Origin: a candidate division WS1 bacterium
GTDB taxonomy: Bacteria; Armatimonadota; Zipacnadia; Zipacnadales; UBA5352
Assembly (NCBI GenBank): GCA_003566775.1
Contig: PXBW01000215.1
Coordinates: forward strand, 3,529 to 67,528
Length of the DNA stretch: 64,000 bases
Reading direction: 5' to 3'
Each line of letters starts with the position of its first letter. Position 1 is the stretch's first letter. Below are positions 38,999 through 48,457 of the stretch, in pieces. Below the pieces are notes generated by a model. The model searched no databases. It was not told the origin of the DNA and saw nothing but the letters and a program-made list of their open reading frames with translations. The translations under genes were made by a program, and so were the position numbers.

Positions 38999-39691
38999 TC
39001 ACCGGCCGCCTACCTGTCCAGAGAGTATCATGACACCGGGATTGACAGTGACCGATTGAATCCGCACATTGTCGCGAGATGCGAGGTCGCGCACGCCGCG
39101 CTGCAACTGGCCGCGCACTTCTTCCTTCACCGGCGATGGTGCCGCCAGCCTTCCGACGCGCACCTCCAGCACGTCCACGTCGAGTTCGCCACCCGAGACG
39201 AAGGGCCTCGCTCGCACCGTCAGACTCACGTTACGTCCGCGATACTGCACATCTCCTGTTGCCGCCATCGTGCCCTCGCCAAAGTACACGCGCATATTGC
39301 GTATGTCTCCAGAGCCCTCCTGCTGAATGAGCGAGTTCAGCTCCTCCTGGCGCACAGTCACCGTCGTCGGGACCGGGCGATCGGACTGGCGCGCGGTCTG
39401 TTCGACCCAGTCGATCTGCTGTCTCAGAGGAGGCGGTGAAGCGGGGGCACGCTCACGTGGCCGGCCCTCATCCGGTGCCGCGGGAGGTGAAGGCGCATCC
39501 GGGATGGCGGTCTCCTCGGGGGTCGCCCGGCTCGCGGTGGCCTCCGGGGGAAGTGCGGGTCCGCTCATCGCGAGTGCGTAGAGGATAACCAGCACTATCA
39601 GACCGATCAGGAGCGCACCGCCGCAACCGATGCCGAACCACGCGGCGGTGCTCAGTTTGCGCTCGGGCTTTCTCGGCACTTTCCGCGCCAT
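38999..39691 (-). CDS. membrane-anchored protein with proline-rich linker, function unknown
   Basis: N-terminal TM helix (WFGIGCGGALLIGLIVLVILYALA), a Pro/Ala-rich spacer, and a ~120 aa C-terminal domain. Confidence 0.45.
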   Translation of the reverse strand: MARKVPRKPERKLSTAAWFGIGCGGALLIGLIVLVILYALAMSGPALPPEATASRATPEETAIPDAPSPPAAPDEGRPRERAPASPPPLRQQIDWVEQTARQSDRPVPTTVTVRQEELNSLIQQEGSGDIRNMRVYFGEGTMAATGDVQYRGRNVSLTVRARPFVSGGELDVDVLEVRVGRLAAPSPVKEEVRGQLQRGVRDLASRDNVRIQSVTVNPGVMILSGQVGGR

Positions 39692-39724
39692 CAGGGTCCT
39701 CCAGACAGGCGCGCGGCATACCGG

Positions 39725-40282
39725 TCAGTTGAACTGGTTCATCGCCGCCTCGATGCCTTCGATGATTGTCATCTCGACACACTCACAGGCACGTAACACT
39801 GCCTCAGTCGCCTCTTCACGCTCCTCGGCTGAGAACTCCGAGAGTACCCAGTCTCTTGCACCCACGCCGCCGGGAGGAGAGCCGATCCCGATGCGCAGGC
39901 GCGGATAGTCGCGCGTCTGCAGCTTCTCAGTGATGGACTTGAGACCGTTATGTCCGCCCTCGGAGCCGCCGCGACGCAGGCGCAGCTTCCCGAGGTCGAG
40001 GTTCAGGTCATCGACCACGACGATGAGATCCTCGGGCCCGAGGTCGTGCAGGTGACACATTCGCAGCACCGCCACGCCGCTGAGGTTCATCATGGTGAGC
40101 GGCTTCGCAAGGACCACCGGGGTGTCTGCGATCTCTCCGGTTCCGGCCACGGCCGCAGCACGCGGACGCCGGAATCGGATCTCATGCCGCTCGGCGAGCG
40201 CGTCGACGACCTCGAACCCGATGTTATGTCTTGTTCCTGTGTACTCGGCCCGGCAGTTTCCAAGGCCGATTATCCCACGCAT
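39725..40282 (-). CDS. pth: peptidyl-tRNA hydrolase
   Basis: MRGIIGLGNCRAEYTGTRHNIGF is the canonical Pth N-terminus with the catalytic His. It is 185 aa. Confidence 0.9.
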   Translation of the reverse strand: MRGIIGLGNCRAEYTGTRHNIGFEVVDALAERHEIRFRRPRAAAVAGTGEIADTPVVLAKPLTMMNLSGVAVLRMCHLHDLGPEDLIVVVDDLNLDLGKLRLRRGGSEGGHNGLKSITEKLQTRDYPRLRIGIGSPPGGVGARDWVLSEFSAEEREEATEAVLRACECVEMTIIEGIEAAMNQFN

Positions 40283-40303
40283 CCTTCAGGCTCCCCGCGG
40301 GGC

Positions 40304-41071
40304 TTAGTCGAACTGATCGAGTTCGGACTCGTCGGCCTCCTGCACATCCACCTGTGCGCCCTCGGGCGCTTCGGCCTCCTCGCCCTCCTCCTCGACCTCT
40401 TCACCCACGAGTTCCTCGGCCTCGACAACCTCTTCGCCGATCTCAAGATCAACCAGCGACTCGAGTAGATCGTCCTCGAGACGGGCTTCGAGTTCCTCTT
40501 CGCTGATCGGCGCAGCGATCGTCAGAACCGCCTCATCTTCCTCCAGCACGTAGGTAATGCCCTCGATCTGCGGCAGGTCGGTCACGAACAGCGCATCGCC
40601 TATCTCCATGCCGCTGATATCCGCCTCGATGCTCTCCGGGATCTCGGTGGGCAGACAGGTCACCGGCACTGCGTGGAACTGCTGCTGCACAACACCGCCG
40701 TCCTCGTCAACGCCGGGCGCATGTCCGCTGACCTCGATCGGGACCTCAACCTCGATCGCCTCCTCGAGCGAGATCCACTGGAAATCCACGGCAAGGGGCG
40801 TGCGACTGACCGGGTCGCGCTGAAGCTCCTTGACGATCGCGGCCACCTTCGCCTCGCTCTCCTCTCCCGGAATCTCGAGGTCGATCAGCACATTCGCGTC
40901 GGCGCCGCTATAGACTTGCTCGAGTTCCTGCTGATCCACGGCGACGTGCACCGTGTCGCGACCGCGTCCGTACACTACCGCCGGTATGGCGCCGCCCGCG
41001 CGCATCCGCCGGGCCGGCCCCTTCCCGGTTTCCTCTCGCAACTCTACCGTCAGTGGGATGATCTCCATCAC
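40304..41071 (-). CDS. rplY: 50S ribosomal protein L25 / general stress protein Ctc, with acidic C-terminal extension
   Basis: LTVELREETGKGPARRMRAGGAIPAVVYG is the L25/Ctc signature. It sits in the conserved ctc-pth gene order. Confidence 0.85.
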   Translation of the reverse strand: MMEIIPLTVELREETGKGPARRMRAGGAIPAVVYGRGRDTVHVAVDQQELEQVYSGADANVLIDLEIPGEESEAKVAAIVKELQRDPVSRTPLAVDFQWISLEEAIEVEVPIEVSGHAPGVDEDGGVVQQQFHAVPVTCLPTEIPESIEADISGMEIGDALFVTDLPQIEGITYVLEEDEAVLTIAAPISEEELEARLEDDLLESLVDLEIGEEVVEAEELVGEEVEEEGEEAEAPEGAQVDVQEADESELDQFD

Positions 41072-41266
41072 AAATTGCCTCCTGGCCCATGCACCGTCTC
41101 GAAGCGGCCATGGTAAGCTTCTGGTATTCTTCGGTACGTTATTGGGCTGCGTCGAACGAGTATGCTGGATGACTGCGCCGAGTATCTGAAGCAGTTACGT
41201 GAGTAAGACGCAAAGACTATGACATCACGGGCAATGCGTGATCGAGAGACTTATTCGCTGAGAGAC

Positions 41267-41340
41267 TGGCTGGGGCGGCAGGATTCGAACCTGCGATACG
41301 GGATCCAAAGTCCCGCGCCTTACCCCTTGGCGACGCCCCA
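41267..41340 (-). tRNA. tRNA-Gln (anticodon UUG)
   Basis: The reverse complement reads UGGGGCGUCGCCAAGGGGUAAGGCGCGGGACUUUGGAUCCCGUAUCGCAGGUUCGAAUCCUGCCGCCCCAGCCA, 74 nt. A 7-bp acceptor stem is UGGGGCG/CGCCCCA, with discriminator G and an encoded CCA. The anticodon stem CGGGA/UCCCG carries the loop CUUUGGA (UUG), and the T-loop is GGTTCGAAT. It closely resembles E. coli tRNA-Gln. Confidence 0.85.
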
Positions 41341-41359
41341 GCTTACCCCGCTGCGGGCC

Positions 41360-42121
41360 TCAGACGCTCTTCCGCTCATCGAGGAAGCGGCGGGCCAACT
41401 TGAGATCCTCCGCATCGTCCACATCGAACCCGATCTCCGGCCACGAGACCGGTACTGCGGCGACCTTCGCTCCCACGATCTCGGAGCCTCTCCGCTCGAT
41501 GTCCTCGACCGTCAGCCATCCGAGTATCAGTCGGACCACGAAGCTCAGACCGAAGATGCGCGCCATCCGCACCGGGCTCTTGCGGCGACTGAATATCCGC
41601 GCAATCACCGGGCCCTGTTCAAGTACGAAGCGGCGGGTCACGACCGCGAGATTACCGCCGGTGAAACGGCCTTCCCGCAGACGCGCAACCGTCTTGTCGC
41701 GACCGGGGAAGGCTGTCTCGAACGCCTCAACATCTACTATGGGATATGATAACCCAGAATGCATTTTCTGGCAAGAGCGTACGAAGCCATCGACCGCCTC
41801 CGGCGTGAGCAGCGGCAGGTCGGTGGTTGCCACCAGAATCCGCTCCGCGTTCGGGAATGCTCCGATTCCCGCGGCCATGGAATCGATGAAGCCCGTTCCC
41901 GAGGCGGTCACGACCGGCAGGTCGGCAGCCGTCTCGCTCAGGAGCCGGTCAGGTCCCTGCACCGCGACCACGTCGCTGACAGTCTCCGCACGGGCCAGCG
42001 CCTCGGCGACCCGGTACAGCAACGGGCGTCCGGCGAATTCGACCAGCGCCCTGCAGGGTGCCCCGAAATCCTCGGCCATGCTGTCCCCGCCTCGCCCGCC
42101 AGCGAGGATGGCCGCCGGCAT
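41360..42121 (-). CDS. MobA-like/GlmU-like nucleotidyltransferase family protein
   Basis: N-terminal AAILAGGRGG (LAGGxGxR NTP-transferase motif). The start is set at MPAAIL; the six-frame ORF starts at 42313. Confidence 0.5.
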   Translation of the reverse strand: MPAAILAGGRGGDSMAEDFGAPCRALVEFAGRPLLYRVAEALARAETVSDVVAVQGPDRLLSETAADLPVVTASGTGFIDSMAAGIGAFPNAERILVATTDLPLLTPEAVDGFVRSCQKMHSGLSYPIVDVEAFETAFPGRDKTVARLREGRFTGGNLAVVTRRFVLEQGPVIARIFSRRKSPVRMARIFGLSFVVRLILGWLTVEDIERRGSEIVGAKVAAVPVSWPEIGFDVDDAEDLKLARRFLDERKSV

Positions 42122-42155
42122 AGAGACGCTCGCATCACTCACAACTTCACCCCGT

Positions 42156-43037
42156 TCACTCGATGATTGCTGCGCCGCACGGCGCCGGTTCGGCAATACG
42201 CACCCAGAGTCCCTCATCAGATAGTTGTTTCGCCATCGACCGGGCCTCATCCTCGTCGTCGAAGAGACCGAAGACCGCCGATCCCGATCCGGTGATCTGC
42301 GCCGCAGAAGCACCTGCGCTCGAAAGCCTCGCGCTCAACTCGGCCAGCAGCGGCCATCGGTGTGTCAGTGCGCGCGAGAAGCCATTGTACACATGCGGGG
42401 CTATCTCGCGCAAGAGCGCCCCACGTTCGAGCGCTTCCGCCATCTTCCGTGTGCGCGAACCGTCGGTGAAATCATCCTCGGAAAGCATACTGTAGGCCCC
42501 GGCGGTCGAGATGGTGAGATCCGGTCGCGTCAACACGATGCGACAGGAAGGCATCTCCGGCAGCGAAGTGAGATCGTCCCCGCGCCCGACTCCGAGCGCC
42601 GCTCCGCTCATGAGAAAGAAGGGAACATCCGCGCCGAGGTCCTTCGCCAACTGACTAAGCTCCTCCCATCGTGGAGGCCGATCATCGATCTGGGCGAGGC
42701 CCATCAGCACCGCGGCGGCGTCGCTGCTGCCTCCGCCGAGGCCCGCGCCCGAGGGGACAGCTTTTCGCAGCGTCATCGACACTCCGGTGGGCCATCCGCG
42801 ATGCTCGCGGTATGTCTCGGCGGCCATCCAGCACAGATTCGAGCGATCCTCCGGCGCGCCACCTCCGGGCACGGCAAGTTCGATTACGCTCTCGTCCCGC
42901 GTCTCGACCGTCACCACGTCGGCAAGGGAGATGGCCTGGAAGATCGTCGCAAGCTCGTGATAACCATCTTCACGGCGGCCCAGCACCTCGAGACAGAGAT
43001 TGATCTTGCAGAATGCCCGCAGGCTCACCGACTTCAC
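42156..43037 (-). CDS. ispE: 4-(cytidine 5'-diphospho)-2-C-methyl-D-erythritol kinase
   Basis: N-terminus KINLCLEVLGRREDGYHEL and GHMP motif PSGAGLGGGSSDAAA. Confidence 0.85.
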   Translation of the reverse strand: MKSVSLRAFCKINLCLEVLGRREDGYHELATIFQAISLADVVTVETRDESVIELAVPGGGAPEDRSNLCWMAAETYREHRGWPTGVSMTLRKAVPSGAGLGGGSSDAAAVLMGLAQIDDRPPRWEELSQLAKDLGADVPFFLMSGAALGVGRGDDLTSLPEMPSCRIVLTRPDLTISTAGAYSMLSEDDFTDGSRTRKMAEALERGALLREIAPHVYNGFSRALTHRWPLLAELSARLSSAGASAAQITGSGSAVFGLFDDEDEARSMAKQLSDEGLWVRIAEPAPCGAAIIE

Positions 43038-43897
43038 GAGCGTACCTCCTCGATGGCCGCCGTGAGTTCGACGAACTCTTCCAGTGAGAGCGTCTCACCG
43101 CGTCTGCGTGTCTGTATGCCCGCCATGCGCAGCGCCCGGCGGGCTTCCGACTTCTCAAGTTCAAGATGCGGCGATCCGCTCAGCGCGTTGGGAAGTTGCT
43201 TGCGACGCTGGCCGAAAGCGCCCTTCACCAGCCTGAAGAACAACTCCCTTCGCCTCGGGTCCTCGATCGGCGGCCTGCGCGGCATCAGGCGTAGCACCGT
43301 TGAGTCAACCTTCGGCGGCGGTTCGAACGACCCGGGCGATAGCTCGGAGACAATCTCCGGCATCCCCGCGTAGAATCTGACCAGCAGCGTGAGCGCACTG
43401 TAGTCCCTGCCACCCGGTTCGGCGCACAGTCGTTCCGCGACCTCGCGCTGGATCATCAGCACAATCGCCGCGAACGGCGGCTCGTCTGTGAGTAGCTTAT
43501 CCAGCAGGGGTGAGGTGATCTGATACGGGATGTTGCCCACCGCCACCCAATCAGGCGCCTTCTCGCCGCTCGCGCGTCTGATCGCCGCAAGGTCGGCCTT
43601 CAGCACATCCTGATAGCGCACCTCGAGGTTACCGTGCTCGCGCTGGATACGCTCAAGCTCCGGGCGCATCGCCTCATCCATCTCTATCGCAACCACGGGC
43701 ACAGGAGCCTTCACCAGCCTGCGGGTCAGCACACCGAGGCCCGGTCCAATCTCCATGATGCCCGCCGGCCGCGGTTCGAGGGCCGCCTCCACGATCCTGT
43801 CCGCCGCATCCTCATTCACCAGGAAGTGCTGCCCCAGCCCCTTGCGGGGGCGAATGCCCAGTCTGCGAAGCTGCGCGCGAGCGCTCTCACGCTTCAT
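43034..43897 (-). CDS. rsmA: 16S rRNA (adenine1518/1519-N6)-dimethyltransferase
   Basis: KGLGQHFLVNEDAADRIVEAA...MEIGPGLGVLT...NIPYQITSPLL is the KsgA signature. The start is set at MKRESARA (43897), 7 nt after the hypA stop; the six-frame ORF extends into hypA. Confidence 0.85.
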   Translation of the reverse strand: MKRESARAQLRRLGIRPRKGLGQHFLVNEDAADRIVEAALEPRPAGIMEIGPGLGVLTRRLVKAPVPVVAIEMDEAMRPELERIQREHGNLEVRYQDVLKADLAAIRRASGEKAPDWVAVGNIPYQITSPLLDKLLTDEPPFAAIVLMIQREVAERLCAEPGGRDYSALTLLVRFYAGMPEIVSELSPGSFEPPPKVDSTVLRLMPRRPPIEDPRRRELFFRLVKGAFGQRRKQLPNALSGSPHLELEKSEARRALRMAGIQTRRRGETLSLEEFVELTAAIEEVRS

Positions 43898-44282
43898 CGG
43901 CAATCTCCGCGTCTGAGACACGGATGCTTCGCACCACGCACTCCGCCCCGCCGAGCACCTCAAGCTGATCTGCGCCGCACTCCGGGCAGGTCGGCACAAA
44001 CGGCATCAGATGGTAGATCGGATCATCCGGCACCTCGATCTCTCCCTCGTACTTACAGGACCGGCAGCGCGCGCGGAGAGGCATCTGCTCGATGACGATC
44101 GTGGCATCATCCGCCACCGTTCCCCGCAGTCCCTGTTTCAACCAGAACTCAAGCTGCTCAGCATCGATCATCGTCATCGCCCCAAGCGCTATCTCGATCC
44201 GCCGCACCAGCTCTGCTTCCTGCTCATTTGCGGTCTGGAGCACGGTGGCGGCGATCTGCTGAGCGGCCGCTACGTCATGCAT
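43887..44282 (-). CDS. hypA: hydrogenase/urease nickel incorporation protein HypA
   Basis: N-terminus MHDVAAAQQI (MHE-type Ni site) and a C-terminal zinc knuckle CRSC...CPEC, 131 aa. It overlaps hypB by 8 nt. Confidence 0.75.
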   Translation of the reverse strand: MHDVAAAQQIAATVLQTANEQEAELVRRIEIALGAMTMIDAEQLEFWLKQGLRGTVADDATIVIEQMPLRARCRSCKYEGEIEVPDDPIYHLMPFVPTCPECGADQLEVLGGAECVVRSIRVSDAEIADEA

Positions 44283-44994
44283 CGCGGCCCTCGTTTTCGG
44301 TCGGACCGTCGCTACCGGAGTTCGCCCCGGAGAGGCCCAGGGCGGCGATCACCTCATCGATTCCCTCACCGGCGCGGGCGTTGGTGGCGACTACCTCGAT
44401 CTCCGGATGCACCGACCGCACATCCTCAGCCAGCTTAGCCACGTCAACCTCCATCGCGTCGGCGAGGTCGATCTTGTTGATGCCCGCCACGTCGGCCTGC
44501 CGCACCATGATCGGGTGCTTGACCGCCATGTAGGGGCCCTCTGTCACCGACAGCAGAACCACCCGTCTGTGTGAGCCGACCGGGAACGCCGCAGGGCAGA
44601 TGAGATTGCCGACGTTCTCGACGATCAGCAGATCAACGGCATCGAGGTCGAGCCGCTCAAGGCCCCTCCGGACCAGTTCACCGTCGAGATGGCAGGCTCC
44701 CCCGGTCTGAATCTGGATCACCGGCACACCCTCGCGCTCAATGCGGTCCGCGTCGATACGCGTGGTGATGTCCCCGGCGATCACAGCGATCGAGAGGCGA
44801 TCCCTGAGCCTGCGCACGATCTGGCCGATCAGCGTGGTCTTACCTGAACCGACCGAGCCCAGCACGTCCATGGCGGTGACACCGTGTTCATCGAGCAGCG
44901 ACAGATTCTCATCGGCAAGCTCGCTGGTGCGCCTGTGCAGGTCAACGTCGATGATGATGTCGCGACTGTTATCGGACAGGTTGCTGTCACTCAT
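44275..44994 (-). CDS. hypB: nickel-dependent GTPase HypB
   Basis: GSVGSGKTTLI (P-loop) and the CH motif region ICPAAF. There is an ENVGNL switch and an NKIDLA G4-like motif. Confidence 0.85.
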   Translation of the reverse strand: MSDSNLSDNSRDIIIDVDLHRRTSELADENLSLLDEHGVTAMDVLGSVGSGKTTLIGQIVRRLRDRLSIAVIAGDITTRIDADRIEREGVPVIQIQTGGACHLDGELVRRGLERLDLDAVDLLIVENVGNLICPAAFPVGSHRRVVLLSVTEGPYMAVKHPIMVRQADVAGINKIDLADAMEVDVAKLAEDVRSVHPEIEVVATNARAGEGIDEVIAALGLSGANSGSDGPTENEGRDA

Positions 44995-45118
44995 GGGGCG
45001 TCACTCTCACAGGGTTGCGACCTGTTCGTCTCCGGCCTTTGCAGGCTCATTCTATGTGTAGCGGGCCGGCAGGTCAACGGGAGGCGCGCGGATTTCCTCA
45101 CTCCCGACAAGGACCATA

Positions 45119-46228
45119 GTGAGCGGCGCGGAATATCCTATCGAAGAACCTGTCAGACGAGACGTGCGAGGAGTGATGGATGTGAGGCGCTGTATAGTTG
45201 TCGGCTGTGGTGGACGCGGCGGGTACTGGACCAACCAGGTGCTCGCGGCGATGAGCGACGAGGTCGAGGTCGCCGGTTTGGTGGACATCGAGCAGGAGGC
45301 GCTGAGAAAGGGAGCGGAGACGCACGACCTGCCCGAGTCGGCACTGTTCAGCGACGCAGAAGAGGCGATGGACACGGTCGAGGCGGAGTTCACGTTAATC
45401 GCGACGCCGCCGTGGGTTCACGAGGAGAACGTGGCGTCCGCCTGTGAACACGGCCTCGCGGTTCTGATGGAGAAGCCGATCGCCGACACGCTGGACGCCT
45501 CGGTGCGCATTATGAAAATGGTCGAGCGGGCGGAATTGCCCTGCACGATCGTGCAGAACTATCGCTACTCGCCTTTCATGCTGGCCTTTCAAGGCGCAGT
45601 GGAGAATGAGGATGTCGGGCGGCTCAGCTACGTGACCGCGCGCTTTGCCGCCGATTACAACCCGCCGAAGTCGTGGGGCAGGCGCTTCCGCCACGAGATG
45701 GACCACGCGTTGCTGATCGAGGGCTCAGTGCATCACTTCGACATGATCCGAAATATCTCGGGGCGCGACTGCGAGGAGATCTTCGGCTACGGCTGGATTC
45801 CGGCATGGGCGGACTTTGAGGGCAACTCCAACGGTCTCTATGTGATGAAGCTCACCGACGGCGCCTTCGCAGCCTACGAAGGCTCATGCACCACTGAGGG
45901 TCATGAGAATCCCTGGCATCATGAGTACTACCGTGCGGAGTGTGAGGAGGGCGCCGTGGTTGTCGGGGCAGATTGCATCGTTAAGATTGTGCGCGTCGAT
46001 GGCAGGGACGAGATCGTCACTCAGCCGCCGGATGTGCCGGAGCCGGGTGAGGCGATCTTACAGGAGTTCCTGCAGTATCTCGCGACCGGCACCCCGTCAC
46101 CGACCGCTATCAGGGATAACATCAAGTCCGTGGGGATGGTCTTCGCGGCGATCGAGTGCGACCGCACCGGCCGCCCGGTGAACGTGGAAGAGTTGCTCGC
46201 CGAGGCGGAAGAGCGGGTGAGTGTGTGA
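45119..46228 (+). CDS. Gfo/Idh/MocA-family NAD(P)-dependent oxidoreductase
   Basis: RRCIVVGCGGRGGYW Rossmann motif, EKP motif (LMEKPIA), and a C-terminal alpha/beta domain. An alternative start is at 45176 (MDVRRC). Confidence 0.75.
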   Translation: MSGAEYPIEEPVRRDVRGVMDVRRCIVVGCGGRGGYWTNQVLAAMSDEVEVAGLVDIEQEALRKGAETHDLPESALFSDAEEAMDTVEAEFTLIATPPWVHEENVASACEHGLAVLMEKPIADTLDASVRIMKMVERAELPCTIVQNYRYSPFMLAFQGAVENEDVGRLSYVTARFAADYNPPKSWGRRFRHEMDHALLIEGSVHHFDMIRNISGRDCEEIFGYGWIPAWADFEGNSNGLYVMKLTDGAFAAYEGSCTTEGHENPWHHEYYRAECEEGAVVVGADCIVKIVRVDGRDEIVTQPPDVPEPGEAILQEFLQYLATGTPSPTAIRDNIKSVGMVFAAIECDRTGRPVNVEELLAEAEERVSV

Positions 46229-46429
46229 GGGGCGGTCGTTCAATTTTTGCCGTCTGCCGTGTTCCGTTCCGGAGATCGGGCGCGCCCACGTTCGAAATGT
46301 GCACGTACAGGAGTGTCCGTGCCACGGAATTAAGAGAGGCCTTCGTGCCCTCCCGGCCGTTCGCCGTTCCCCTCTCCTGCCCTCGCGCCCGACCCGCCGC
46401 AGGCGGCGTCGGCGCGAAAAGGGGAGGGG

Positions 46430-46452
46430 TGGCCCTCGCGACGCGAGGGCCA
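46430..46452. terminator. GC-rich stem-loop between convergent genes (candidate bidirectional intrinsic terminator)
   Basis: TGGCCCTCG-cgacg-CGAGGGCCA, a perfect 9-bp stem with a 5-nt loop, flanked by GGGGAGGGG / GGGAGGGG. It lies between the 3' ends of the Gfo oxidoreductase gene (+) and folD (-). There is no U-tract, as is common in high-GC genomes. Confidence 0.4.
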
Positions 46453-46473
46453 GGGAGGGGCAGTCGTCAGCCG

Positions 46474-47328
46474 CTACCGCGTCCTTTTCGCCGCCTCGAC
46501 AGTGTTCTTCAGCAGCATCGTCACCGTCAGCGGGCCGACGCCGCCGGGGACGGGTGTGATCGCGCCCGCAACCTCCACCGCCTCGTCGAAGGCCACGTCG
46601 CCCACGTAGCGCCCACGCGCCCCGTCATCGCCGGGAACGTAGTTCATTCCCACGTCGATCACCACCGCGCCGGGCATGATCTGCTCGCCGCGGATCATCT
46701 CCGCGCGCCCGATCGCGACCACGAGTATCTCCGCGCGCTTCGTGTGAAAGGCCAGGTCGCGCGTGGTCGAGCGGCAGACCGTCACCGTCGCGCCGCGGTC
46801 CATCAGCATCAGCGCCGCGGGCTTGCCCACGATCACCGAGCGCCCGATCACCACTACCTCCGCCCCGCGAAGCTCCACGCCCGTCTCCTCGATCAGCCGC
46901 ACCGCCGACTGCGCGGTGCATGGGGCGAGCGCGTCGCGATCCGCCGCCACCAGCCCGAGGTTCATCGGATGCACGCCATCGACGTCCTTCTCCGGCTCGA
47001 TCGCGCCCTGTGCGGCGGGCTCATCGAGGCCTCCCGGCAGCGGGCTCTGCAGGATGATCCCGTCGATCACGGGATCGATGCTCAGCCTGCGGATCTCCTG
47101 CTGCAGCGTCTCGTCGGTGAGGTCGCGGGACAGTTCGCGTAACTCGTACTCGATGCCGACTTCGGCGCACGCCTTCGCCTGCATCTTCGCGTATGCGCGC
47201 GCACCCGCGTCATCGCCCGCCATCAGCGCGACTAGCACCGGCGCGCGGTCCATCGCATCTACCTGCGCCTCCAGTTCCGCGCGCATCTTTTCAACTATCG
47301 GCTTTGCTTCAAGTATCTCTGCAGTCAT
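46474..47328 (-). CDS. folD: bifunctional 5,10-methylene-tetrahydrofolate dehydrogenase / methenyl-THF cyclohydrolase
   Basis: PVLVALMAGDDAGARAYAKMQAKACAEVGI...GRSVIVGKP...PVPGGVGPLT, the canonical FolD signatures. Confidence 0.9.
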   Translation of the reverse strand: MTAEILEAKPIVEKMRAELEAQVDAMDRAPVLVALMAGDDAGARAYAKMQAKACAEVGIEYELRELSRDLTDETLQQEIRRLSIDPVIDGIILQSPLPGGLDEPAAQGAIEPEKDVDGVHPMNLGLVAADRDALAPCTAQSAVRLIEETGVELRGAEVVVIGRSVIVGKPAALMLMDRGATVTVCRSTTRDLAFHTKRAEILVVAIGRAEMIRGEQIMPGAVVIDVGMNYVPGDDGARGRYVGDVAFDEAVEVAGAITPVPGGVGPLTVTMLLKNTVEAAKRTR

Positions 47329-47458
47329 GCTATCCTCCGGTCAATTGTCAATGAGTCGCGAACGACCTGCGGCGTCCCCCTCAGGCAATCGTCGTCACTG
47401 CACGCATAATCTCAGGACGGCAGAATGCACCTCACCCGGTGATCTTCGCGGTTGGCTG

Positions 47459-48316
47459 CTACTCTGCCTTCCACCGCACCCACGCGATGCGGGCGGGCGC
47501 CTCCCATTCGATCCGATAGCCGAATTCCTCCACCACGAAGCGCAACGGTACCCACAGTTCCTCCTCGATCAACTGCGGCGCGACCTCCATCTCGGTCTCC
47601 GCGCCATCCACCACCGCGGTCCGCGATCCGGCGCTGAGGGTCATCGCCGCACCGCCCTCGCGCGCAAGGGTGACCGTCTCGTGGTCCTCGCTCGCCTCGC
47701 ACTCGAGCGGCAGCGCTTCCGCGAGTCTCGCGGCGGGCACAAGCAGGCGCTGAGCGTCATCCACGGGGCGGGACGGGATGAAGCCGTGATTCGGGTGTGC
47801 AACCATCGGCGGGGCTACCAGCTCACCGCGTGCGCCAAGTTCGCGACGGGCTGTTAGGGTGTTGGTATACACCCGAGGAGCGGAAGTGGACCGTCTCCAG
47901 CTCAGATACTCCTCCCACCATTTGATGGCGGCATTCGAATCACCGGCTGTTCGATACGCATAGCCGAGTTCAGGCTGGGGGGCAAGGTAATGGAAACCCG
48001 CTTCCGGTAGGCTGCAGAAGAGGCGCGGATCGTAGTCAACCACACGCTTCAACATTGCGATCCCTGCATCGTGCTGTCCGTTCCAATTGAGCAATACGCC
48101 GAGGACCAATTGAATGCGCGCGCGTTCAGTCATATCGTCGATCTGCTCAATGGCCAACTGCAGGTTCTCAATGGCGTCCGCGTACCGTCTTTCGCGGGCC
48201 GCGAGTAACCCGGTATCCAGGGGCGATCCCTGAGCCAAGACCATGCTGACTTCAGCACACGCAAGCAGGACCAGGCTGCCAATGGCGATGCCAACGACCG
48301 TCCTTCGGCGCCTCAT
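47459..48316 (-). CDS. secreted protein: TPR-like N-terminal region + copper-amine-oxidase N-terminal-like (stalk) domain
   Basis: Signal peptide MRRRRTVVGIAIGSLVLLACA. The C-terminus TLSAGSRTAVVDGAETEMEVAPQLIEEELWVPLRFVVEEFGYRIEWEAPARIAWV matches the Cu_amine_oxidN1-type pattern (vNG...aP.i..gr..vPlRfvaEalG..veWd....tv.i). Confidence 0.5.
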   Translation of the reverse strand: MRRRRTVVGIAIGSLVLLACAEVSMVLAQGSPLDTGLLAARERRYADAIENLQLAIEQIDDMTERARIQLVLGVLLNWNGQHDAGIAMLKRVVDYDPRLFCSLPEAGFHYLAPQPELGYAYRTAGDSNAAIKWWEEYLSWRRSTSAPRVYTNTLTARRELGARGELVAPPMVAHPNHGFIPSRPVDDAQRLLVPAARLAEALPLECEASEDHETVTLAREGGAAMTLSAGSRTAVVDGAETEMEVAPQLIEEELWVPLRFVVEEFGYRIEWEAPARIAWVRWKAE

Positions 48317-48457
48317 CGAACCACCTCTCTCCTTGTCTCATGAGTGGCCCGCGTCACTTCATCCCCCCCAATCATACCCTCAGTTCACAGATGTAGTCGC
48401 CGTGCCGCATCAGCCGACCACCACCTGGCGCGATGCCTCACGACGGCAGAAGCCTCC

